Below are positions 14,598-26,877 of a DNA stretch of 64,000 nt, piece after piece (position 1 is the first letter of the stretch; every line of letters begins with the position of its first letter). The DNA is taken from NCBI GenBank assembly GCA_000320545.1, contig ADNK01000694.1, positions 1 to 64,000 on the forward strand, read 5' to 3'. The notes under the pieces are model-generated. The model ran no database searches and was not told the DNA's origin. It was given only the letters and a program-made list of their open reading frames with translations. The translations under genes were made by a program, and so were the position numbers. Origin of the DNA: Bigelowiella natans CCMP2755. Taxonomy: Eukaryota; Protista; Cercozoa.

Positions 14598-16695
14598 ATA
14601 TTATAAATATATACAGAGATATGTTAATAAATATATTTATGCTTATAGCCACAACTAATTTCCTATCTTCCTCCTTTTTCGTTAGTCATAGTATTTCTTC
14701 ATTTTTACTCTTTTTCTTTCTTCCTCCTCTCTCTTACTTAATAAAAGAAACAATGGATACCACCTTTCCATTCCCTTGGGTAGGCGATGTAGGATAGAAA
14801 GCAAGCTGTCACTTTGATCACGATTTTTAAGATTTAAGTCATGATTTCCCGGGATCATTATCACCGGCATTATTGACGAGATATTTCTGAGGAAATCAGT
14901 CGTAAGCACAATAGTCTGGGGACGAAGAAGGTCCTTTGAGTGTAGAATATCCCCCGTTATCACAATTAAACCCTGTTCATTTAAAGGTGGTAACTATGAT
15001 GATGATGATGATGATAATGACAACACGCTAAACATGATAATGAAGAAGAGGATGAGGGTCTGAGTGCTAATATACTACTACTACTTCTACTACTACTACT
15101 ACTACTTAGCGAAAAATCTACATACTACTATACACCACCTACGTGTACTACAATGCTCTCTAGCACCTATTAAAAATAAGAAGCATACGATTAATCATAG
15201 GTATAGCTGATGACCTTCTCGTCCTCCTTCCTCAAATAGGAGCATAGAGTTTCGAAGACGGAACGATACTCTTCGTATCGTTCATGATTGCGTATATGAA
15301 TGTCGGATATGTGATAAACAAACCGAATATTATCATCATTCATACCATTAACATCATAATCGTTTTCATCTTCTTCCTCAACCGCGTCTTTCTTCTTATT
15401 ATTGTGCTTATTATCATCTTTGGTTGCACTACTATAGATTGTTTTTATGCTGCTGCTACTACTACTACTACTAAATCTTCTAGTTTGAAACAGCTGCGTG
15501 TCTCCAATATCCTCCTCCTCACTAATTGGCATTGGTAGTTGTCCAAAGCAAATATCTTCCACATTGAAGAAGCTAGCATTGCCATGGGAATCCCCATTAT
15601 TGTTGTAAGAAGCTCCGTCAGTGCTGACGACGCTAGTATGTTTATCCGTGAAAGACGACGATTTGTTGCTAGTACTACGTTCTGTATCATCATTACTTGT
15701 CTTCATAGTCGCTCTTTTCTTCCTACCAACATTACTTCCAATGGTATCACTACTACTACTATTTGTGCTGCACCTCCTCCTCCTCCTTCTTATTCTTGAC
15801 CCCTCCTCGTTGTTGTTGTTGTTGTTGTTGTTGTTGTTCTCATGATCCATTGCCATAGATGTTGCAAATAATTTGGAAGCATGTAGAGGACCAATACGTC
15901 TAGCTGGTGGTGAGAGGAGGAGAGAAGACCCTATTGTAAATTTGTTTGGATTTGTAACTGTTGGAGGGGGGGGATGAGGAGGAGGAGACACGTTGGTTGC
16001 GGTATTACTGCCCAAAATACTTCCGTCACGCAGTAGTAGTACATTGCTCCTAATTCCTAGAGAACAACGTCATCATCACTATCAACACATAATATACGTT
16101 CTAATTATAGCATAGTTCATATCAAAATGTAGCAGACCGTAAGAATGCATGTATGTTGATCATATCAAAATATAGCAGACCGTAAGAACGTATGTGTGTT
16201 GAGCAGGAGGCAATGCCCCTAATGATGAAAATGTAATAATAGAGGGGGAGGAAGGAAGAAACACCACTCAACATACTGTTTTCAACCTATTATTATTTTG
16301 TCCATCGGTCGTATGCACTCTTAGTTTGTACATGCGCGTTGTGCTGTGCTGTACTGTGTTTGGAGGGTTAGGGGGGGAAGGGAGGGAGAACGCAAAGTGT
16401 ACATCATCATGTATGATGTGACGTGTTGTTTCTTTCTGTATTGCAGATGATACACATTATCTCAACTTTCGCCGGATGGTGACGCTTGAAATGAAGAGAT
16501 AAACCCTGACTAACTAACTAACCTCGGGATAAATCCTGCATTATTCCTACTGTGATATGGACGGAATGTTGTCCCAATTTTGAGGTGAAATGCCAAGAAG
16601 AGAATAAAGGACAATGTGATAATGATTATCCCCTGGGGGGAGCTGCAAGAGCTGGATGCCAAACGGTGGTGATATTGCCTCCTCCGCTGATACAT
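4162..16695 (-). CDS. Mre11/SbcD nuclease - Rad50/SbcC ATPase fusion protein (Mimivirus R555-like architecture) with an N-terminal bipartite leader; many introns
   Basis: Phosphoesterase motifs: YHISDIHIR (~15300), ITGDILH and IPGNHD (14963-14830), IALYHG (~13730), AMLGDIHK..AYAG|SLIQQNHGE..HGYLRWD (13100-12620). ABC/SMC motifs: LKFSNMFCYG..GQNHIGKSAVLD (Walker A, ~10020), coiled coils, Zn hook CPYC (~7095), signature GSGYERF, Walker B/D-loop IDEGFG|CLD, H-loop IITHID, stop TGA at 4162-4164. Putative exon 1 (16695-16523) joins in frame to 16049. Confidence 0.9.
6634..6706. repeat. Compound (TA)n-(GT)n intronic microsatellite, representative of very many intronic SSRs in the window
   Basis: Seen directly. 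Similar (TAG)n, (CAT)n, (GA)n and (CA)n tracts occur in most introns. Confidence 0.95.
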
Positions 16696-17422
16696 GTTGA
16701 TCTTATTTTACCTTGGCACCATTTTGATGATGATGATCAGTATTCAATCATCACATATTCGGGAGTGGGGCAAACAGTGATTGTTTATTATTGGTAGTTC
16801 TCCTGGAATAGAACAAGCAATTGATTTTGATATAATAAGGACATAATAATACCTAAAATAATTACAATCATAATGTTAATCTGTTGGTTGATTGGTTGTT
16901 GTCGTCCTACAAATAAGGCTTCTATTTATTGGCAGTTACAACACTAACAAGAATGCTGCTTTATTCAGAAGAAAGGCTGGTCGTTAGTTGTTGTCGTTGT
17001 ATGTTAATGCAGACTATTACTACTATTATTTATCATTGGTCTTGAACAGTTGTCAGAAGAAGTTTAACACAATCCAAACGAGTGAGTGTCATTAGCAAGG
17101 AGAAGGAAAAAGGAGAAAAAGAAGGAGGAGGAGGAGGAGGAGGAGTAGGACAAGAAGAAAAACAAGAACAAGAGCACTCAGGAAATGGTGGCTGGACGAC
17201 GACGGAAGTACCCATCATAGCTGCATCATCGATCCACTGCAGCAGCAGCAGCAGCAGCACATTCCAATCAACATTTGGAGTAGAAAATTTCATCGCTGCT
17301 ATTCTATCTAATACCTCATCGATGGGGGTTTGTAATTCTGCTGAGAAGAGAGAGAGAGACTTCAACGTTGGCGATCTCGAGTAAGGAAGCAATATTCGAA
17401 CAACTCGCGATTCTCATCACAA

Positions 17423-18085
17423 ATGACTTCTTGTTGGATGTTTAGAGAGAAGGGCCCTAAAGTTGAAGGCATTCATACGAAGAAATCTAGAGCACATGAC
17501 GCTGCAGGGAAACAAAGCCAGGGTACTGCAAAATAGATCATTTGAATGATGATGAGTTTGCAATAAAAGTAACTCATCAAAACGTGGCCTACATGATAGA
17601 CCGATGCGGTGCAACGTTAAAGAGGCTCCAAGGAACAGACGGCTTATTTGAAGCTCTTGACACGGGTTTTATCGAACACGATACGGGGAGTATGTAAAGA
17701 GAAACTAACCATCAGAATTAATTTTATTAGGCAACACAGGGCACCTTAACTCGAAAGATATTTTATTCTTTTTGAAAGTAAGTATCAATGCTAAGATCAC
17801 TGCTATGGAACCAAATCAACTGTTTTCTAGATTAACTATTCCATTTTAAAGAGAAATAGCCAGATGACATTTTGGTTGCTTAAAAAAGGCATGTAGAGGT
17901 CAAAAGGTAGTGACACATAACGATGGTGGGTCTGATGAAGAGAAGGATTTTAAAAAGGTGTGTGAATGTGATCGTCATTATTCCTTATTATTCCATGAAA
18001 TCCGATTGATGCTGAGCTTTATCTACAGGCTTTTGACATAGTATCAAAAGCAGATATGGATAACGACGGCTTGGTAATGCGGATA

Positions 18086-18125
<40 letters not shown>

Positions 18126-19207
18126 CCTTTATTGGAAAAATAATCCTTCAAACGCTAATGCTTATTCTGCAATAAACTTAGTTGGATCGGAAGGAATTCA
18201 CTCAATGGGTATGAATTGCATCTCTTTTTCTTCTCTCCTTTCCTTCCCTTCTTTCTCCTCTCTGCTTCTCTGCATCTCTGCATCTCTGCCTCAGCGTGTG
18301 TCGTCGACCAAACCAGCCGACGTGTAACGAGCATTAGAAAATTCTACCAATGCAAAACACTTTTTATTTGGTAAACGTGAATAAATTCCACCTCTGCTCT
18401 ACGCCATCATTACATTCATTATGATTAATAGTAGAGTATTATTACATTTTATACGTTCAGATACTTGGATCCAAGTATGACGACGAAAATTTGCTGAAAA
18501 GTTTGAATAAGGTCCATATTCTTGCAGATTCAAATAACATAATCTTATGGATTGAAAAACGTGAAAAATGTAGTAGTTGAGCGATAGGATCTCGCAAATC
18601 TATTTTCCGTCCTTTATTCACGAGAATAACTATGATTCCTGATATTGCACTACCACACTGGGGAAAATATCCTGCTACTACTACTACCACTACCACTACT
18701 ATTACTACTACTACTGCTACTTCTGCTGTTGCATTTATTGATATCACTCTCTCTCTCTCCTAATGCATGTACAATACGGCAGACTGTTATCGAACTCAAG
18801 AGAAGAGAACCAGATGAGTCGCTAGAAAAAGTTTGGTTGAGGTAAGTAATAACATATGTTGCGATGCAGAGTATATGGTACTACTCTCCCTAGATTCATT
18901 TCACTTAATTTACCGCGGCTTCACCTTAGAAATGAATGAAAATACAGGTATAAAGACGAAGAAGGAGGCGATAAAATAGAAGAAAAATTGAGCGATTTGC
19001 TGAATGCCATTGACTTGGACCCAGAAGGTGATATGATATGATATGGTATAATCAAGCAACTATATGGGCAGTCAATCAGTCATTCAGTCAGAGCATTCAG
19101 TCATCATCGACGACTCTATTGCCCATACTTGATTTGTAATAGCTGTTGCATTGTTGGAAATAATACGACTACTACTAGTACATGCTAAGAACAATATTAA
19201 TAATAAT

Positions 19208-19241
<34 letters not shown>

Positions 19242-20185
19242 GGGGTGCAAAGCTTCGCATTTGCTTGGAAATTAAGACATGGAACTATGGGCCCAATTTC
19301 ACGATCTGAGTTTATAGCACCTCTCAAACAGCAAGGGGTCTATGATTAGATAAAGATGACAATATATATATAGCGTATGTTGTCATGAAATATGAGAATA
19401 GAGCAGAAGTAGATAATGTTAGCTAAGAGAGGCAGCATCTATAATTACTTAACTAAATTCATTAACGTTCGAAGTAGTATTAGGAGCAGTATTATATCAT
19501 CCTCCTCCTCCTCTTTTGGTGTGTGTGTTCTTTTGCGCCATCCACGTATTGCTGCGGGTGTTATCTATTGTCTGTTGTCACTGTATACAAGGCTACTACT
19601 ATTTCTACTGCTACATCTACATACATACATACATACATACATATCTACAACAACTATTATCAGGTGGAGACGTGGGATGGACTTCTCTCATGGGCCAAGA
19701 AATTGAGAATTGAAATCAAGAATAATACAAAGTAGTAATAGTAGTAGGAGTAGAAGTAGGAATAGTACTTTGGATGGAGAGGAGAGGAGGGAAATTGCAA
19801 AACGTCTTAACTGATTCCATTTTTATGATGTATGATAGTTACATTTGATGCGATGATCCCTGGTTTCGTTGGAGAGACCGGAAAATGCATCATCATCATC
19901 ATCATCATCATCATAGTCGTTGCCTCTACTTTTCTTTGTATGAATTTTGCTGGAATTTATAGTAGCATTTTACAAATTGGGTATGTATGATGTAATCATT
20001 GTGTTGTCTGGTAGATACAAAGAGATGTATACTTGGCTTTTTGACTATGTTAAGGAGGAGGGCATCAGGACTATAGGTAGTATAGGATTAATTAATTGAT
20101 TGATTGATAGATAGTAATAGCATTCATACATCATCAATCATCTCTACCGAGAATTCAGATATCCACACACGTGTCGTAATCTAGC

Positions 20186-20224
<39 letters not shown>

Positions 20225-21038
20225 CATGTATTCGGAGAAAGAATGGGTACAATGACAAATGTTTGCTAATTTGATACTGCTGCTGGTATAAATTATTAAT
20301 CTGTGTGTGAGGAGGTAGTAGAGCTAGGAGTTAGTAGTGGTGCTGCTTGCTCCCAACTACTGCACCAACCTCTGTTGCAGACTGATGATCGCCACATTAA
20401 TTTGCTGCTGGTGCTGTGTTAAAAATTGCAGGAAAAGATGTTGCAGAATACGTCTGGAGTTTGGCGTTGGTCATTTTGTACTAATCTCTCGTACTCTGCT
20501 ATATAATCTATCATTATTTATTTGCTATATGTTAACGATTTTATATCGTATTTTGAACGGTCAGGCTCCTTTTTTTAAAGATTATGATCTATGGCTGAAA
20601 TATCTGAAGGAAAAGGTAATTGAAATATCGCTATCATATAAATATGTTGAAATCTACTCACAATAATCTCGTTAATGTTTCCAGTATGAGCTTTCAGTTG
20701 TGAAAAGAGACCTCTGGAATTGCTTGTATGATTTTGCAACAACTGAGGTATGTATGTGCGACCGTTTACTAATCCATTGATCGTCCTGATAAGAAAAAAT
20801 GGATAATTAGCACATTTTAATGCCATCCAGGTGCATAGTCTTGAAGAATATGACCGTGATACAGGTGGTGGTGGTTTAAATAATGATGAAAATACATTAT
20901 TGCTCACCATAAATATTTAGATATTGGAACTGGAAATAGCTTCTCATCTGCACGTATATTACATAATCGATAGGATGCTGGCCATCGTACATCGACGATT
21001 TTATTGATTTTATCCGAAAAAGTCAGAAAAATATATAA
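17423..21038 (+). CDS. DCN1: DCN1-like (DCUN1D) cullin-neddylation co-E3 with an N-terminal EF-hand-like extension
   Basis: Exons: AFDIVSKADMDNDGL|LDRKEFTQW (EF-hand loop), YKDEEGGDKI..IDLDPE|GVQSFAFAWKL..MGPISRSEF, YKEMYTWLFDYVKEEG, KRDLWNCLYDF, LEEYDRD|GCWPSYIDDFIDF, stop at 21036-21038. These match the cullin-binding PONY domain. The start ATG at 17423 is tentative. Confidence 0.82.
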
Positions 21039-21149
21039 TCGTGGATAAGATCATACACACTGCTACGGAAGTGGTCGCGGCGGGTCAAAAGGAATAAAGG
21101 AATACATGATCATGATACTTGTGAATGCCTAGATGATATGGCAGCACCA

Positions 21150-21900
21150 CACAAGTATACGTAGATGGCTACTACAAGATGTTGCATCATTCGTTCCTGA
21201 AATCTAGAAAAAATGAAGCTACTCTAGCACTGCTGAGGCTAATACACACCTTCTAGCCTTGTTGTGGGATCATAACAATTTGTCGATTCATGGTAGCATG
21301 CGCATGCTAATGTGTCTCAATTATTATTGCTGCATACATTGCTAGATTGAGGCGCCTGTCGTGCATAGAGGAGCAAATGTGATAACTGCTTGACTGTCAT
21401 CTCGTCTAGTCGTACGTGCTAGCGTGATCGATGAATCTAGACGCAATTGATGTGCATGCTGCAATGCGAGCGAAGAAAATGCTCAGAGTAGATGATGCAC
21501 ACCTTGCGAGCTTGACCGCATGACATGCTGCGCATGCCGCGACTCGATGACACGCGTTAGCGTGGAACGCTACTAGCTAGTTAGCCATGGGCTACGGACA
21601 TCTTGACATGTGCCCTAAACTAGTGAATGCAAAAATGTCAATTTTTGTGCAATGACTTGCTACCTTGGCTGGAGGCGCATTTCATCGAATGCAGCATGCT
21701 AGCCTAGCTGCTAGCAGGCGTCATGCACATCGGTGGTCGCAATGGTGAGCGGATCAGTAAATCAAGTGCGTGCAGTGTGATCCATCCACATGTAGCTAGA
21801 TAGCTAGGTAGCTATGCACAGCAGCACATGCAACAAACAAGTTGCTGCGGGGTTACAGCCTCGCATGAACGACAAGTCGTATCCATGATGTTTATTTGCG
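21150..21900. other. TpA-depleted, TG/CA- and CTAG-rich intergenic DNA between convergent genes (probable mutated repeat relic)
   Basis: Runs such as gcatgcgcatgc, tagctagttagcc and gctagcctagctgctagc. Most remaining TA are in CTA/TAG context and microsatellites are absent. Confidence 0.7.
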
Positions 21901-22281
21901 CTACACTACACTTGTTTTTGAATTACCAACATTATGTTAAGTGTACGACTTGCTCTCATCTTGCAGTCGCCCCCTTTTCTGGCTTTATGCGGTAAATGTC
22001 ACCTGCACCACAAAGTTTTTATGGATTATCTTTTGGATTGGGAATAGTTATAAAAGTCAACAAAGTTGATCGGTTCAATAATTGCCGTAGTACATCGATA
22101 GATGATGTTCAAACCTTCGTTCGCTCCGAAAGCGTTTAGATGCTGAATTCCATTTCGATCAGAGTGCCACCCCATCGCCTCAGTTCTACATGAAAACGAT
22201 TGCGCTTAATGATGATATTTATATATGACAGTTACTGAGAGATAACGTATTTTTTTTCAAAATACACCACAAAAACACACG

Positions 22282-22318
<37 letters not shown>

Positions 22319-22339
22319 CACTCAATTGAAACAGTAAAA

Positions 22340-22773
22340 TAGCGACGAGAATTACTACACAATAAGGTACATCGTGGTACCTCTCTGTTATTTTGAATAG
22401 GTCGTTAAAATCTGATATATCATCCAAAATAAAATGTCAAATATTCAGGACGAGACATACAAAGAACATGTCAAGCACATTCATTCCCCCTCCACTCTCT
22501 CGCACTTACTTCTTTACACGTTCTATTGTAACAATCAACATTCAAATCCATTCAAAATCATATAATAAATAAGTTAATTCATTGATTGATACCTGTCATA
22601 TGCGCCAATCGTTTGTTATAGGCTTCTAAGCGTTCCCTATAGCTTTTCCCTCCATCAGAGCTGCATGCAGTAGTAGCGGTTTCGTGTTTACTTAAAGAGG
22701 GGTGTGTAAAAGATAGAAAGTGGCGAAGTTCAGTTCGTCCAAAAGGAAGAAAACGGTGGGATGCGCGCGCGCG

Positions 22774-22815
<42 letters not shown>

Positions 22816-22948
22816 CTAAACAGATAAAAAAAGATGAGCTAAATTTTCTTAGAAGCACCACCCATGATCACCATATCGTTCTCCTGTTACTGAGCTGCTG
22901 CTACTACCACTACCACTACGATGGTGCTGTCAATGGGTCGTCGTAGTG

Positions 22949-22980
<32 letters not shown>

Positions 22981-23180
22981 TATAGTTATAGTAGTAGTAT
23001 GGGTGAATATTAATGAGTAAAAATTACTCTCTACGATGTCGCTTGGCGTCTCTTATCCATCTGTTTGTTTGTTGTAATTGTAAGATGAAACTTAAGTAAT
23101 TACTATAGTTAGACAAGAATTTTATTGGCTAAGGGTTAGATGCAATAAAAGCAAATCACCATTATCATTATTATCAAGGC

Positions 23181-23219
<39 letters not shown>

Positions 23220-23605
23220 TAAGCCTTCTACTATCCTCCTTTTGTTATCATCACGCTGAAACAATCATGCATGATGTGAGCATGTCCTCCTATAGATCAA
23301 ACAACAACCTTGCATCAAATTTCTTCTGTGCAGGAGTACGGGTGTCGTGTTGGTTGGCTACAACAATAACAACAACAAGAAGATCATATATCATCATCAT
23401 CATCATCATCCACACTCTTGAATACGATTTTATCGTCATTGTTTCAGTCTGATCATCACTGCATTATCATGCCCTTCTTCTTCTTCTTCTTCCTCATCTT
23501 CTTCTTCTTTTGCCGTCATTCTGCTAGTACTCGCTTATCTTATTTACTGTTACCGTAGTAATCTTCGTTAAGTTGCTCCGTGCTGATGTAATATCGTAGT
23601 GCGTG

Positions 23606-23639
<34 letters not shown>

Positions 23640-23925
23640 CACACAACAAGAATAGGAGGCAGTGATAAAGGAGGAGGAGGAGGAGGAGGAGGAGGAGGAG
23701 GAAGAAGAAGAGAGGGACCATAATGAAAGAAGGAAACAATAACAACAACAACAACAATAGCAACAACACGACGTGAAAAAATACAAACCCAAAGCCATAC
23801 TATCATAGTTGCAATTGTTGTTACGTGTTGTATTATACCCGTCGCCCTTTAAAATGAGAGCTTTGACGTCATCAAATACGTCATTGGCCACTGACGAGTA
23901 TTGCGTTACGGTTTGTATAATAATA

Positions 23926-23956
<31 letters not shown>

Positions 23957-24049
23957 CAAGGTGTTAATAAGGTGATATCATTGAGTAGAGGAGAATAAGA
24001 AGGGAAGAAAAGAAAAGTCATTTAGGCATGCAAATGTAGCAGTGGAAGT

Positions 24050-24080
<31 letters not shown>

Positions 24081-25129
24081 ATTTTATATGAATGATTCAA
24101 CATTATTATTACATTATTATTATTATTGTTATTCGTACATATTAGTATGCGAATAATGTGTACTATGATGTGTGTATTATGTTTGCTACTACTACTACTA
24201 CAACATGTGTTGTTGTATATGTGTATGTCATGTAGTAGTACGTGGGTGTATCCTTCCTTGCTCTGGTTTATCAGGACCCATTGGAAGCCCAACTCCTTCA
24301 TCGCTGATGATGATCCATGATCATGATCATCGTCATTGTCATCATCATCACCATCATAATCGATATCCTCCTCCTCAAAGCAGCTACTACTTTCTACTAC
24401 TACTACTCTACCTCAAGTATTGGCCAGTTACGATGAGCTGTTTTTTGCCGTCAGGAGCAGTTGTTTCAATTGTCTATAAATAGTAGTATTAGTACCCATG
24501 ATGTACGTATACTACACTACTAACTACTAACTACTACTACTACTAACTACTATTACCTGTACATTGCATGGAAGCGTACCGCACACACCGCCTTTGATCG
24601 ATGGTAAGTGATTTAGAAGAAATCACCATCAAGCATGACATGGTGATGTGCATCAAACGAATATAAGATTTATTCATATCGTCACAGACTGCTATTAAAT
24701 AGTATTGGAATACACTCAAAAAACAACAAATGAGATTAAAAGATATATACATTATCATCATCATAATCATCATCATCATCACCATCATGATATCACAACA
24801 AATCTATTGAGTTGTAAATCAAAGAAAACAATAATAAGCACAGTAGTATTTTCGTTGAGTGTGAGCAGTAGTAATAATCTGATTCTCATCATCTTGACAG
24901 ATGCTACTTTGACGTGTTGTTGTCATAATAGTAGGTACTCATAAGTCATCATCATCGTATTAGTAGGTATTCATAAGTCATCATCATATAATTTACCTGT
25001 TTGTGCATGATGAACGACAGAATTTCCTAAAATACATGATGACACACAATAGTAGTAGTTTTGCATTTGTTATCATTATATTCCTTCTCTAACTACCATT
25101 TCCATGATATAATAAATGTAAAACTCTTT

Positions 25130-25173
<44 letters not shown>

Positions 25174-25274
25174 TAGTAGTAGTACCATCTGCATCAAGAT
25201 TCATGAATCGCTTTGATCCTAATGGAAAGAATAATGTTGTTGGAAAAAGATGTATGTGCGTGTGTGTGCTGTGT

Positions 25275-25306
<32 letters not shown>

Positions 25307-25719
25307 ACCGATGCCCATGATCTTAGCCTCTCCTTTATTCAGAATTTGCTCCCTAATAACAAAAATGATATGAAGAACAAAAATGAAGTACGTTTGCATA
25401 GGATTAGTATGATGATGATGATGATGAGGATGAGGATAAGAATAACAGCAGGGAATTCCTGACCCCGTTTGATAGATATTATAGCATTCAGAATAGTGAA
25501 TAATAATAGATGTGGACGACAAAAACAACAACAACAACTTAAGTACTACGCACTACTATCTATTATTACGAATACTTAATGATTTTATTTTCTCTGGTAT
25601 AGGAAAAAGGAAGGAATAATTGGGTAAAATGATGATGATGATGATGATTTATATGATGGTATTTGTTTACAATTTGAGTTGTTCTATAGTCTTGATGGTC
25701 CCATCTAATATTTACAGTG

Positions 25720-25751
<32 letters not shown>

Positions 25752-25800
25752 GCTCTTTGAACAACAAATCAGCGTACAAAGACATAAAATGAGTAAAAGT

Positions 25801-25834
<34 letters not shown>

Positions 25835-26103
25835 GAGTATGATGCTATATAATAATTACAATCATATTATTTTCACATAGTACTTTTCTCCAAATGCTGT
25901 TGCTTTGCGAGTAAGAGGAGTTCCTTTGGGTGTGAGTATAACATGTATGTATTATGTATTATGTGTGTGTGTATGTGTGTGCGTGTGTGTGTGATCATCA
26001 TCATCATCACGTTCCAAGTACTACTACTACTAATATAGCCCAATGTAGAGTACCTGGTAGAAGTCGCGGTAGTAGCCTGTTCCATACTCACCTGGATTAT
26101 ATA

Positions 26104-26184
<81 letters not shown>

Positions 26185-26238
26185 CTGATCGATCGATCGA
26201 TGATGGGATTGGCAGTATACCTATCTACCTAGAGTAAC

Positions 26239-26270
<32 letters not shown>

Positions 26271-26430
26271 AAGAACAAGAAGAAGAAGAACTTGTGGACT
26301 GCTGTAGTCATAAGAAAAGGAAATGTGTGTGTGTGTGTGTGTGTGTGTGCTTTTTAAATATGGTTACTACCGGTGCCGAAATAGTAGCCTTCAAAGCACG
26401 TAGAAAAGAAAGAAGATGAAGAGAGAAATG

Positions 26431-26479
<49 letters not shown>

Positions 26480-26843
26480 TGGGATTAAGAGTGGATGATG
26501 ATGATAATGATGATGATGATGATGACTTCAATAGATGATTGATTCCTCAAAGATGAGGAGGCATCAAGTAGTGAGAATGATATATTGTTGCTCTTTACCC
26601 TCTCCCTGTATTATTATTATTATTACTATTATTATTATTATTATTCCAATATCCTCCTTTTATCTATCAAGTAAGAAGGTTGTTTATAAGCACTACTCTC
26701 ACTCCTCCTCCTCCTCCTCCCAGGTGATTTTCTTATTCTTATTCTCATTACTATTATTATTATCGTTAGTAACAATGGGTGATACTACTACTATATTGAT
26801 AATAACAATACCCCCACCTTCCCCACCACCACCACCACCACTT

Positions 26844-26877
<34 letters not shown>

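Noticed and set aside
16505-16522. Possible 17-nt mini-intron gttagttagttagtcag on the minus strand, nucleomorph-like
   Set aside because: Splicing there leads to an in-frame stop. The longer intron to 16050 keeps the frame.
4162-16695. Endogenous giant-virus insertion (GEVE) around the Mre11-Rad50 fusion
   Set aside because: No capsid, polB, A32 or D5 genes are nearby, the gene is full of host-type introns and its neighbours are ordinary eukaryotic genes.
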